NCBI GenBank assembly: GCA_934643185.1
Contig: CAKUBN010000008.1
Coordinates: 627-64,626 of the forward strand
Reading direction: 5' to 3'
DNA length: 64,000 nt
From: an uncultured Eubacteriales bacterium
GTDB lineage: Bacteria > Bacillota > Clostridia > Oscillospirales > Acutalibacteraceae
The translations under genes were made by a program, and so were the position numbers. Below the pieces are notes generated by a model, which did not search any database, was not told the origin of the DNA, and worked only from the letters and a program-made list of their open reading frames with translations. The first letter of the stretch is position 1; each line of letters begins with the position of its first letter. Shown piece by piece: positions 9,073 through 20,804 of the stretch.

Positions 9073-9216
9073 GGTTTTTGTTCCTTTCTGAAAATTTATT
9101 TGGCAACGGGCTTGACCCGCACCTTTTTTTCATGTAATCTTGTAGCAGATGGGTGTGCGAAAAAAGCCCAGCTGTGTACGCTCATTATAGCATAGGTTCA
9201 GAATGTGTTCAACTGA

Positions 9217-12267
<3,051 letters not shown>

Positions 12268-12293
12268 GACGGGCAAAATTTGATAAATCAGAG

Positions 12294-12328
12294 CCGCCGT
12301 GTGGGAGTTTTTCCGCACGGCGGTTTTT
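12294..12328 (+). terminator. Rho-independent terminator of lacZ
   Basis: ccgccgtgtgg-gagttttt-ccgcacggcgg stem-loop followed by TTTTT. Confidence 0.7.
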
Positions 12329-12467
12329 CTGTGTAGTGGCGTGCAAACGGGCGAATAAAGTTTTGCTCAAGCTTTTTCAAAGGGTTTGACCGCTGCGGCG
12401 CGATGGAAGACGGCGGTTTGCGCAAAATTTTTGGCTTTTTGAGGAATTTTGCAAAATATCTTGAAAA

Positions 12468-12513
12468 TAAGTCCGTACAAATTTTGCGAAAGGTCTTGCA
12501 AAAAGTTGTACGG
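12468..12513. promoter_or_regulatory. Two GTAC-core half-palindromes (candidate AraR-type operators) overlapping the regulator promoter
   Basis: taagtCCGTACAAAT at 12468..12482 and aaGTTGTACGG at 12503..12513 are inverted relative to each other (ccgtacaa / ttgtacgg). The second site lies in the promoter spacer. Confidence 0.35.
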
Positions 12514-12524
12514 CTTTTTATAAT
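12496..12524 (+). promoter_or_regulatory. Sigma70-type promoter (TTGCAA, 17-nt spacer, TATAAT) for the regulator-manA-kinase operon
   Basis: TTGCAA at 12496..12501, an exactly 17-nt spacer and TATAAT at 12519..12524. Confidence 0.5.
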
Positions 12525-12577
12525 AAGGTTGTATTGAACCTGTGCGAACAGGTATCCTTTTTGAAAGGAACGATGAC

Positions 12578-13666
12578 ATGGCAGACACAGAGAAGAAAAC
12601 TGCGAAATATCGCTTTCTGGTGGATACCATCAAGGAGAAGATCAAAAACGGCGAATATGAGCCCGGCGAGCGCATGGAATCTGAAAATACGCTTTCTGAG
12701 CAGTTTGGGTACAGCCGCCAGACTGTGCGGCAGGCGCTTTCTGTTTTAGAGCAGGAGGGGCTCATTGAGCGCAGGCGCGGCAGCGGCACGTATATCAGCT
12801 CCGAGAGCCGACGCACGCCGCGCGGCAACAGCATCGCCATTGTGACGACGTATATTTCCGATTATATTTTCCCGACGATTATCCGCGGCATTGAGGAGAC
12901 GCTGACGAACGCGGGCTATGATTTGACCCTGAACGTGACGAACAACCACGTGGAGGAGGAAGCGCGCATTTTGCAGTCGCTCATCTCCCGCCGGGTGGAC
13001 GGGGTGATCGTGGAGGGCACGAAGACGGCGTTCCCGAACCCGAACGTGGAGCTTTACCGCAAGCTTGAAAAAATGGGCGTGCCGGTGGTGTTCTTTAACA
13101 GCTACTACCGCGACCTGCCGGACTCCATTTATGTGGTGACGGACGACAGAAAAGCCGGCTTGCAAGCGGTGGACCTCTTGATTGAAAAGGGGTGCCGACG
13201 TGTTGGCGGCGTGTTTAAATCTGACGACATGCAGGGCCACGGGCGCTACGCGGGCTTTTCTGAGGGGCTCATCCACAACGGGTGCGCGCTTGGCGACGAC
13301 AACGTGGTTTGGTACACGACGGCCGAGCGCAGCAGGCTTTTCCGCCCCGACAACAGCGACTACATGTTTGAGCGCCTGCGCGGGTGCGACGGCATTGTGT
13401 GCTACAATGACCAGATCGCCTATGGAGTCATTGATCTTTTACAGAAGCACAACGTGCGCGTGCCGGAGGATGTGCTCGTCATCGGGTTTGACGACTCGAG
13501 CATTTCGGAATATTCGCCGGTGAAGATCACCTCTTTTGCACACCCGAAGGTGGAAATGGGCAGAGCCGCGGCGAATAAGCTCATCCACATGCTGCGCAGC
13601 AGCGACCCGGAGCAGCCGCTTGTTTTAGACATGCCGCTGCACGAGAAAGAATCGACAAGACGATAA
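12578..13666 (+). CDS. AraR-type transcriptional regulator (GntR winged-helix N-terminus fused to a LacI/periplasmic-binding-type sugar-binding domain)
   Basis: ORF trimmed to the ATG at 12578 (after AAAGGAA). N-terminus KYRFLVDTIKEKIKNGEYEPGERMESENTLSEQFGYSRQTVRQALSVLEQEGLIERRRGSGTYI is GntR-like. The rest (IAIVTTYISDYIFP...DGVIVEG...VIGFDD) is LacI-type. Confidence 0.85.
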   Translation: MADTEKKTAKYRFLVDTIKEKIKNGEYEPGERMESENTLSEQFGYSRQTVRQALSVLEQEGLIERRRGSGTYISSESRRTPRGNSIAIVTTYISDYIFPTIIRGIEETLTNAGYDLTLNVTNNHVEEEARILQSLISRRVDGVIVEGTKTAFPNPNVELYRKLEKMGVPVVFFNSYYRDLPDSIYVVTDDRKAGLQAVDLLIEKGCRRVGGVFKSDDMQGHGRYAGFSEGLIHNGCALGDDNVVWYTTAERSRLFRPDNSDYMFERLRGCDGIVCYNDQIAYGVIDLLQKHNVRVPEDVLVIGFDDSSISEYSPVKITSFAHPKVEMGRAAANKLIHMLRSSDPEQPLVLDMPLHEKESTRR

Positions 13667-13704
13667 ATTAAAATAGAAAAACAGTTTGAAAGGAACGAGT
13701 GAAT

Positions 13705-14664
13705 ATGAAAATCGAAAAATTATCCCCGGCGTTTAAGGACTATCTGTGGGGCGGCACGAAGCTGCGCGACGTTTACGGCAAAAAGTGCGACTATGAAAAG
13801 GTTGCCGAGAGCTGGGAGCTTTCTACGCACCCGGCGGGCCAGAGCGTGATCAACGGCGGCGAATATGACGGGCTGAAGTTCGGCGAGTACCTCGGGAAAG
13901 TCGGCGCAAAGGCGCTTGGCACGAACGGTGCGAAGTTTAAGGAATTCCCAGTGCTCATCAAGTTCATCGACGCGAAGCAGCCGCTTTCCGTGCAGGTGCA
14001 CCCGAGCGACGAATATGCGCTGCGCGTGGAGGGCGAATACGGCAAGACCGAGATGTGGTACGTTGTAGACTGCGAGCCGGGCGCTTCGCTGTACTTCGGC
14101 GTGAACCGCGAGCTGACGAAAAAGGAATTCAAAAAGCGCATTGAGGACAACACGCTGACGGATGTGCTCTATAAGGCCGACGTGAAGAAGGGCGACGTAT
14201 TCTTCATTCAGTCCGGCACCATCCACGCGATCGGTGCGGGTATCCTCATTTGCGAGATCCAGCAGAACTCCAACACGACGTACCGCGTGTACGACTACGG
14301 CCGCCGCGGTGCGGACGGCAAGCTGCGTGAGCTGCATATTGATAAAGCGATCGATGTTTCCAAGCTGACCCCGAGCGACACCTCCGACAAGCAGGGCAAG
14401 CCGGAGGAGATTCCGGGCGGCACGAAGTGCGCGCTCGCTTCCTGCCCGTACTTTACGACGGAGAAGTATGTCATCGACGGCGAAGTCGAGATCGACGTGA
14501 CGGACGATTCGTTTGCGTCGCTTGTGGTGACAGAGGGCAGCGGCAAGGTCGTCGGCAGCGAGAACGAAGTGGCGTTTAAGCCGGCGGACAGCCTGTTTGT
14601 ACCGGCGGGCAGCGGCAAGATTAAAATCAGCGGCCACTGCACGGTGGTGAAGACGACGGTCTAA
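13705..14664 (+). CDS. manA: Mannose-6-phosphate isomerase, class I
   Basis: Start at the ATG at 13705, 9 nt after GAAAGGAA. Motifs DYLWGG, ESWELS, LIKFIDAKQPLSVQVHPSD, KTEMWYV and IHAIGAGILICEIQQNSNTTYRVYDY. Confidence 0.9.
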   Translation: MKIEKLSPAFKDYLWGGTKLRDVYGKKCDYEKVAESWELSTHPAGQSVINGGEYDGLKFGEYLGKVGAKALGTNGAKFKEFPVLIKFIDAKQPLSVQVHPSDEYALRVEGEYGKTEMWYVVDCEPGASLYFGVNRELTKKEFKKRIEDNTLTDVLYKADVKKGDVFFIQSGTIHAIGAGILICEIQQNSNTTYRVYDYGRRGADGKLRELHIDKAIDVSKLTPSDTSDKQGKPEEIPGGTKCALASCPYFTTEKYVIDGEVEIDVTDDSFASLVVTEGSGKVVGSENEVAFKPADSLFVPAGSGKIKISGHCTVVKTTV

Positions 14665-14677
14665 AAGGGGAAACGCT

Positions 14678-15688
14678 ATGAAGATGGAGTTTGTAGACGA
14701 AAGTGAACTGAAAAAAGCAGAGGAAGAGCCGGAAGACGAGGTGCGCGGCCGCATTGTGTTGGTCGGCGAGCCGATGGGGCTTTTCATTGCAGAGGAGCTC
14801 GGCGAGCTCGAAGACGTGACGCATTTTTCGGCGGCTGTGGCCGGTGCGGAATATAACGTGGCGGTGGGGCTTTCCCGCCTTGGACATGAAGCGCTGTACT
14901 GTACGCGCCTCGGCGACGACCCGATGGGTAAGCGCATTTTAAAGAGCATGAAGGGCAACGGTGTTTCCGACGCGCTTGTGACCGTGACGGACACGGCTTC
15001 CACCGGCTTTATGATGAAGGGCAAGACCGAGGTTGGCGACCCGAAGATCGCGTATTTCAGAAGAAACAGCGCGGCTTCGCAGATCTCGACGCACGACATC
15101 GATAAGCTCGACTTATACGGCTGCGATTTTCTGCACGTGACGGGTATTTTCCCGGCGGTGTCGAAATCGGCATTGGACGCGGTGAAGCGCTTGATGAGCC
15201 GTGCGAGGGCGCTGGACATGTTTATTTCGTTTGACCCGAACCTGCGCCCGCAGCTTTGGAAGGACGAAAAAGAGATGGTGCGCACGTTAAACAGCCTTGC
15301 GCAGGAAGCCGACCTGGTTTTGCCGGGGCTTAGTGAGGGCAAGATTTTAACGAAGCGCGACACGCCGGAAGAAATTGCGGCGTTTTACCACGAGCGCGGC
15401 GTAGACAGCGTGATCGTAAAGCTTGGCGCGGACGGTGCATACTGGTCCACGGGCGGCGAAAGCGGCACGGTGCCGGCGTTCCCGGTGAAAAAGATCGTGG
15501 ACACGGTGGGCGCGGGCGACGGCTTTGCGGCGGGCGTGATCTCGGCTGTGGCGGAGGGCATGTCCTTGCAGGAGGCTGCGGCGCGCGGCACGGTGATCGG
15601 CTCGATACAGATCACGCACCAGGGCGACAACGAAGGTCTGCCGACGCGTGCGGAGCTTGAAGCCATCACAAAAGCGGGCATTGTGTAA
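14678..15688 (+). CDS. PfkB-family sugar kinase (2-dehydro-3-deoxygluconokinase-like) with an acidic N-terminal extension of about 25 aa
   Basis: AGAEYNVAVGLSRLG, DPNLRPQLW and VDTVGAGDGFAAGVISAV are PfkB signatures. Confidence 0.85.
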   Translation: MKMEFVDESELKKAEEEPEDEVRGRIVLVGEPMGLFIAEELGELEDVTHFSAAVAGAEYNVAVGLSRLGHEALYCTRLGDDPMGKRILKSMKGNGVSDALVTVTDTASTGFMMKGKTEVGDPKIAYFRRNSAASQISTHDIDKLDLYGCDFLHVTGIFPAVSKSALDAVKRLMSRARALDMFISFDPNLRPQLWKDEKEMVRTLNSLAQEADLVLPGLSEGKILTKRDTPEEIAAFYHERGVDSVIVKLGADGAYWSTGGESGTVPAFPVKKIVDTVGAGDGFAAGVISAVAEGMSLQEAAARGTVIGSIQITHQGDNEGLPTRAELEAITKAGIV

Positions 15689-15765
15689 ATTCTAATAAAA
15701 ACGGTGCCGCGCAGGAATTGATGGTTTGTTCTGCGCGGCATTGTGCTATTTAAGGAGTGAGAAAA

Positions 15766-16209
15766 ATGGGCAGAAAAGAAACGGTGGAGCTGACAAACAT
15801 GTGCATGGTGGAGGATGGCAAGGGCAACGTACTCGTGCAGAACCGCCTTGACCCGAACTGGCCGGGCATCGTTTACCCGGGCGGGCATGTGGAAGCGGGG
15901 GAATCCATCACAGCTTCGGTCATCCGCGAAATCAAGGAAGAGACCGGACTGACGATCGAAAACCCGACGCTGTGCGGCGTGAAGCAGTTTTGGCTTGATA
16001 ACGGCGTGCGGTTTATTGTGTTTTTGTACCGCGCGGACAAATTTACGGGCGAGCTGCGCGGCTCCGAGGAAGGCGATGTGTTCTGGCTGCCGCGAGCAGA
16101 GCTATTCCAGCACCAAACGGCGCCGAGCTTTGAGGGCTTAGTACATGTTTTTGAGACGCCGGAATGCAGCGAAGCGCTTTACAAGGACGATGAAACGTAT
16201 TTTTACTGA
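15766..16209 (+). CDS. NUDIX hydrolase (MutT-like)
   Basis: Start at the ATG at 15766, 8 nt after AAGGAG. Nudix box GGHVEAGESITASVIREIKEETGL. Confidence 0.85.
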   Translation: MGRKETVELTNMCMVEDGKGNVLVQNRLDPNWPGIVYPGGHVEAGESITASVIREIKEETGLTIENPTLCGVKQFWLDNGVRFIVFLYRADKFTGELRGSEEGDVFWLPRAELFQHQTAPSFEGLVHVFETPECSEALYKDDETYFY

Positions 16210-16227
16210 TTTTAAGGAGGAAGCTTT

Positions 16228-16941
16228 ATGACACCGCATAACGAAGCAAAAAAGGGCGATATTGCAAAGGTGGTACTGATGCCGGGCGACCCGCTTAGAG
16301 CGAAATTTATTGCGGAGACGTTTTTGGAAAATGCCGTGTGCTTTAACACGGTGCGCGGCATGCTGGGTTACACGGGTTTGTATAACGGCAAGCGCGTTTC
16401 TGTGATGGGCAGCGGCATGGGTATGCCTTCGATGGGTATTTATAGCTATGAATTATACAATTTCTACGATGTGGAGGCGATCATTCGCATTGGAACCGCG
16501 GGCGGCATTGCGGACGGCGTGGAGCTGCGCGATTTAGTGCTCGCGATGGGCGCGTGCACGGACTCGAACTTTGCGCACCAGTACCGTTTGCCGGGCGTGT
16601 TTGCGCCGACGGCGAGCTTTGAGCTGCTTGAAAAAGCGGTGCAGGCGGCGCGGGAGAAGAACATGCGCTATCGTGTTGGCAACGTAGTGACGAGCGACAT
16701 TTTCTACGGCGATGCGGAGAATGAGACCTCCGAGTGGAAGAAGATGGGCGTTTTGGCCGTGGAGATGGAGACAGCGGCGCTGTACATGACGGCGGCGCGT
16801 GCGGGCAAAAAAGCGCTTTCCATCACGACGGTTTCCGACTTGCCGCTGAAGGGGGAATCGACCTCGAGCGAGGAAAGACAGAAGACGTTCACACAGATGA
16901 TGGACGTGGCGCTGACGGTTGCCGCTGAGGTGGCGGACTGA
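16228..16941 (+). CDS. deoD: Purine nucleoside phosphorylase, DeoD type
   Basis: MTPHNEAKKGDIAKVVLMPGDPLRAKFIAETFL...GMGMPSMGIYSYEL...VEMETAALY. Confidence 0.93.
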   Translation: MTPHNEAKKGDIAKVVLMPGDPLRAKFIAETFLENAVCFNTVRGMLGYTGLYNGKRVSVMGSGMGMPSMGIYSYELYNFYDVEAIIRIGTAGGIADGVELRDLVLAMGACTDSNFAHQYRLPGVFAPTASFELLEKAVQAAREKNMRYRVGNVVTSDIFYGDAENETSEWKKMGVLAVEMETAALYMTAARAGKKALSITTVSDLPLKGESTSSEERQKTFTQMMDVALTVAAEVAD

Positions 16942-16942
16942 T

Positions 16943-17377
16943 ATGACGGATGAAGTCATTAAAAAGCTTGCGGAAGCGGCGCTCAAGGTGCGGAAAGACG
17001 CGTACTGCCCGTACTCCGGCTTTGCGGTGGGTGCGGCGCTGCTTGCAAAAAGCGGTGAAATTTACACGGGCGTGAACATTGAAAACGCATCGTTTACGCC
17101 GACGAACTGTGCGGAGCGCACGGCGTTTTTCACGGCGGTCGCAAAGGGCGAGCGGGAATTTGCAGCCATTGCGATCGCGGGCGGTAAGGCGGGCGAAGAG
17201 CCCGAGGACTTCTGCGCGCCGTGCGGCGTATGCCGGCAGGTGATGCGGGAATTTTGCGGGGATGCGTTTGAAATTATCCTTGCAAAGCCCAATAAAGAAA
17301 AGGTTTACACGTTAAAGGAGTTGCTGCCGCAGAGCTTTTCGCCGAGAGATGTTTTGGATGAGAAAGCAAAGCGGTAA
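16943..17377 (+). CDS. cdd: Cytidine deaminase
   Basis: ATG at 16943, just after the deoD stop. Zinc-binding motifs CAERTA and PCGVCRQVM. Confidence 0.92.
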   Translation: MTDEVIKKLAEAALKVRKDAYCPYSGFAVGAALLAKSGEIYTGVNIENASFTPTNCAERTAFFTAVAKGEREFAAIAIAGGKAGEEPEDFCAPCGVCRQVMREFCGDAFEIILAKPNKEKVYTLKELLPQSFSPRDVLDEKAKR

Positions 17378-17392
17378 AAGGCGGTGATTTTT

Positions 17393-18700
17393 ATGCTGCA
17401 TATGTTGGATATTATCCGCAAAAAGCGGGATGGCGGCGTTTTATCAAAAGACGAGATCGAATACTTTGTGCATGGGTGCACGGACGGGAGCATCCCGGAC
17501 TACCAGCTTTCGGCGCTTTTGATGGCAATTTATTTAAACGGCATGACGCACGAGGAGACAGCGGAGCTGACGCTTGCGATGGCGCACTCCGGCGACATGG
17601 CGGATCTTTCTGCGATACACGGCGTGACGGTGGACAAGCACTCCACGGGCGGCGTGGGCGACAAGACGAGCATGGTGATCGTGCCGATCTGCGCGGCGTG
17701 CGGGGTGAAAATTGCCAAAATGAGCGGCCGAGGGCTGGGACACACGGGCGGCACGGCGGATAAGCTTGAAAGCATCCCGGGCATGCGGATCGACCTTTCG
17801 CCCGAAGAATTTACGGCGCAGATCAACAGAATCGGGTGCGCGATGATCGGGCAGACGGGCGAACTGTGCCCGGCGGACAAGAAGCTTTATGCCTTGCGCG
17901 ACGTGACCGGGACGGTGGAGAGCGTGCCGCTCATCGCTTCGAGCATTATGAGCAAGAAAATAGCCTCCGGGGCGCAGCGGATTTTGCTCGACGTGAAGAC
18001 GGGCAGCGGCGCGTTTATGAAGACGACGGAGGACGCGATCACGCTTGCGGAGGAAATGGTGGAGATCGCGCGGCTTTCCGGCAGGCGTGCGGCGGCGCTC
18101 ATCACCGATATGGACAGGCCGCTTGGGCACGCGGTGGGCAATATGCTTGAAGTGTTGGAAGTGCTTGAGACGCTGCACGGGCGCGGGCCGGAAGACCTCA
18201 CCGAAGAATGTTTGGAGCTTGCGGCGAACATGATATGGCTCGGCGAGCAGGCGGAGAGCGTGGAGCACGCGCGGAAGAAAGCGAAAATGGCGCTGGAGAC
18301 AGGCAAGGCGTTCGAGAAATTCTGCGAGATGGCCGAGGCGCAGGGCGCGGACGTGCGGTATTTGAGAGAACCCGAACGGTTTGCGCTTTCGCCGGTGAAA
18401 CAGGACGTGTGCGCGCCGTGCGGCGGGTATGTGGCACATATCAACGCGGAGCAGGTGGGCAGAGCGAGCGTGCGGCTTGGCGCGGGGCGCGAAAAGGCCG
18501 ACGACGTGCTGGACTACGGCGCAGGCATCGTGCTGAAAAAGACGGTGGGCGACGCGATGCAAAAAGGCGAGGTGATCGCCGAGTTGTACGGCGCGAGCGC
18601 AGAAAAGTGTAAGGACGCGGAAAGTGTGCTGCACGGTGCGTTCCGCTACGGCGACGAGAAAACAGAAGAATGTTTACTTGTACTGGCAAGGGTAGAGTAA
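17393..18700 (+). CDS. pdp: Pyrimidine-nucleoside (thymidine) phosphorylase
   Basis: MLDIIRKKRDGGVLSKDEI...KHSTGGVGDKTS...SGRGLGHTGGTADKLESIPG. Start taken at the ATG at 17393; the GTG at 17384 is possible. Confidence 0.92.
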   Translation: MLHMLDIIRKKRDGGVLSKDEIEYFVHGCTDGSIPDYQLSALLMAIYLNGMTHEETAELTLAMAHSGDMADLSAIHGVTVDKHSTGGVGDKTSMVIVPICAACGVKIAKMSGRGLGHTGGTADKLESIPGMRIDLSPEEFTAQINRIGCAMIGQTGELCPADKKLYALRDVTGTVESVPLIASSIMSKKIASGAQRILLDVKTGSGAFMKTTEDAITLAEEMVEIARLSGRRAAALITDMDRPLGHAVGNMLEVLEVLETLHGRGPEDLTEECLELAANMIWLGEQAESVEHARKKAKMALETGKAFEKFCEMAEAQGADVRYLREPERFALSPVKQDVCAPCGGYVAHINAEQVGRASVRLGAGREKADDVLDYGAGIVLKKTVGDAMQKGEVIAELYGASAEKCKDAESVLHGAFRYGDEKTEECLLVLARVE

Positions 18701-18765
18701 AATAAAAAACCGCACCTGAAAAGGTACGGTTTCTGTGCGTTCGGTTTTAACGTTTGCGATTAAAA

Positions 18766-19293
18766 TCAGCCGCGCTCGGGGCCGGTGACGGGCTCGTCGT
18801 AATCAACGCCGAAGGTCTCGACGGTGACTTTCGTCATGATCTGATCTTCGCGCGGGCGGTCGGACCAATCGCGCGGGGAGGAAACGATGGCCTGTGCGAC
18901 ATCGATGCCCTCGGTGACCTTGCCGAATGCGGCATACTGGCCGTCGAGATGCGGAGCGTCATCGACCATGATGAAGAACTGGCTGCCTGCGCTGTTCGGG
19001 CGCTGGCTTCTTGCCATGGAGAGAACGCCGGTGGTGTGCTTCAGATCGTTCTTGAAGCCGTTCATAGCGAACTCACCCTTGATGCCGTAGCCGGGGCCGC
19101 CCATGCCGGTGCCTTCCGGGTCGCCGCCCTGGATCATGAAGCCAGGGATGACGCGGTGGAAGATGGTGCCGTCATAAAAGCCCTTCTGAATGAGGGAAAT
19201 AAAGTTGTTGACCGTGTTCGGCGCAATCTCGGGGTAAAGCTCCGCCTTGATGGTGCCGCGGGTGGTCTCGAAAGTAACAATAGGATTCTGCAT
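18766..19293 (-). CDS. ppiB: Cyclophilin-type peptidyl-prolyl cis-trans isomerase
   Basis: FHRVIPGFMIQGGDP...GVLSMARSQRPNSAGSQFFI. AAAGGAG RBS. Confidence 0.93.
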   Translation of the reverse strand: MQNPIVTFETTRGTIKAELYPEIAPNTVNNFISLIQKGFYDGTIFHRVIPGFMIQGGDPEGTGMGGPGYGIKGEFAMNGFKNDLKHTTGVLSMARSQRPNSAGSQFFIMVDDAPHLDGQYAAFGKVTEGIDVAQAIVSSPRDWSDRPREDQIMTKVTVETFGVDYDEPVTGPERG

Positions 19294-19389
19294 ACCGAAT
19301 AACTCCTTTCATAGAGGTCTTTCGGGAAGAAAGACCGTTCGTAAAATTCAGTATACCATATTTAATTTGAAATTGGAAGTGATTTTGCT

Positions 19390-20160
19390 TTGAAGTTGAT
19401 TTCTTGGAACGTAAACGGGTTGCGCGCCTGCATGACAAAGGGTTTTAATGACTTTTTAGCGGCGGAAGACCCCGATGTTATCTGCTTGCAGGAAACGAAA
19501 ATGCAGCGCGAGCAGGCGGATTTTGATTTTGCGGGGTACACGGAATTCTGGAACTCCGCCGAGAAAAAAGGGTATGCCGGCACGGCGATCTTTACAAAAA
19601 CAGAGCCGCTTAATGTGACGTATGGCATCGGCGACGAACAGTTTGACTGCGAGGGGCGCGTGATCTGCGCGGAATTCCCGGAGTTTTACCTTGTGACCGT
19701 GTACACGCCGAACGCTCAAAAAGAGCTTGTGCGCATTGATTTTCGCATGGCGTTTGAGGATAAGTTCCGCGCGTATCTCGAAAGGCTGCACGAAACGAAG
19801 CCGGTTATTGTGTGCGGCGACATGAATGTGGCACACAGGCGCATCGACATCAAAAACGCAAAGCCGAACATCGGCAGCGCGGGATTTTCGTACGAAGAAA
19901 GAGGGAAGTTTTCCGAACTGCTCGCGGCGGGTTTTGTGGATTCGTTCCGCGAGCTGTACCCGGATGCGGCGGACGCGTACTCCTGGTGGTCGTACATGGG
20001 CAAGGCGCGCGAGAAAAACGTCGGCTGGCGCATTGACTATTTTCTCATCACGGAGGAGCTGAAAAAGAATTTGGCGGACAGCAAGATCCTCTCCGACGTG
20101 ATGGGCAGCGACCATTGCCCGGTGGAGCTCATCTTGAATTTTAGCGAGGAAAACGCATGA
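19390..20160 (+). CDS. xth: Exodeoxyribonuclease III (AP endonuclease)
   Basis: TTG start; MKLISWNVNGLRA...DVICLQETK...GDMNVAH...WRIDYFL...SDHCPV. Confidence 0.92.
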   Translation: MKLISWNVNGLRACMTKGFNDFLAAEDPDVICLQETKMQREQADFDFAGYTEFWNSAEKKGYAGTAIFTKTEPLNVTYGIGDEQFDCEGRVICAEFPEFYLVTVYTPNAQKELVRIDFRMAFEDKFRAYLERLHETKPVIVCGDMNVAHRRIDIKNAKPNIGSAGFSYEERGKFSELLAAGFVDSFRELYPDAADAYSWWSYMGKAREKNVGWRIDYFLITEELKKNLADSKILSDVMGSDHCPVELILNFSEENA

Positions 20161-20804
20161 TTTTTAAGGAGAAAAAGACACCGACGCTTTTGATGATGCC
20201 TTTGGCGAACGGCTGGCGCGCGGTGCACAAGAAATATAAAAACGAATACGGCACGGTGATCTGCACCGAAAAGGGTGGTACGGTGGAAGTCGTGGCGGAC
20301 TTCGGTGAATTTTCCACCGAGCGTACGGAAGCGGTGGAAAGCGCTGCGGCGATGATTTTTGAAAACAGCGGCGTGAAAGAGATTACGGTGGACGGAGAGA
20401 AGCTTACCCGCGAAGCGTGGCAGGAAAAAGAAGATGCGCGCCTAAATGCGCTGCACAGGACGCGGGAGGATTACAAAAATGTGCTCGGAAAGCCCGTGCA
20501 CTGCGTGACGGACAGGCCGCTTGGCTCTGCGCACCCGCGTTATCCGGAGATGATCTACCCCGTGAACTACGGCTATGTGCCGGGCGTGATGGCGGGGGAT
20601 AACGCCGAGCAGGACGTGTACATTTTGGGTCCAACGGAGCCGCTTAAAACCTTTGACGGCGTGGTGATCGCGGTGGTGCATCGCTTTAACGACGTGGAAG
20701 ACAAGTGGGTGGCAGCGGAAAAGACCGGCGTTTACACGGCGGAGGAAATCCTGAAAATTCTCGATTTTCAGGAAAAATACTACGAAAGCGAGCTGATCCT
20801 CTAA
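20157..20804 (+). CDS. Two-domain protein: unknown N-terminal domain plus a C-terminal soluble inorganic-pyrophosphatase-like domain
   Basis: Its ATG overlaps the xth stop (ATGA). The C-terminus (DRPLGSAHPRYPEMIYPVNYGYVPGVMAGDNAEQDVYILG) resembles short PPase-like proteins. This is recall only. Confidence 0.5.
   Translation: MIFKEKKTPTLLMMPLANGWRAVHKKYKNEYGTVICTEKGGTVEVVADFGEFSTERTEAVESAAAMIFENSGVKEITVDGEKLTREAWQEKEDARLNALHRTREDYKNVLGKPVHCVTDRPLGSAHPRYPEMIYPVNYGYVPGVMAGDNAEQDVYILGPTEPLKTFDGVVIAVVHRFNDVEDKWVAAEKTGVYTAEEILKILDFQEKYYESELIL

Noticed and set aside
9112-9140. TTGACC-17-TAATCT as a lacZ promoter, and a cre-like sequence tggaaacggttgtg near 9246
   Set aside because: The -10 is poor, and the cre-like site misses key consensus positions (WTGNAANCGNWNNCW). 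Neither is convincing without data.
12367-12840. 157-aa reverse ORF spanning the lacZ/regulator intergenic region
   Set aside because: It runs antisense through the promoter and the 5' end of the AraR-type gene. It has no RBS and no motif.
13720-15363. 547-aa reverse-strand ORF overlapping manA and the PfkB kinase
   Set aside because: Its composition is Arg/Ala/His/Leu-rich and low-complexity, as expected for an antisense shadow ORF in GC-rich DNA. It has no recognisable motifs and no RBS. The forward-strand genes have clear family signatures.
17534-18634. 366-aa reverse-strand ORF within pdp, plus many similar antisense or out-of-frame ORFs (for example 57042..58187, 28589..29713, 23632..24780, 25127..26044, 59291..60247 and 47792..48523)
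   Set aside because: All lie inside strongly supported genes on the other strand or frame and have skewed Arg/Pro/His/Ala composition. They are treated as GC-driven open frames.
18707-18732. Possible bidirectional terminator between pdp and ppiB (aaaccgcacc-tgaaaa-ggtacggttt)
   Set aside because: The stem has a C-A mismatch and only a 3-T tract. It is plausible but too weak to list as a feature.
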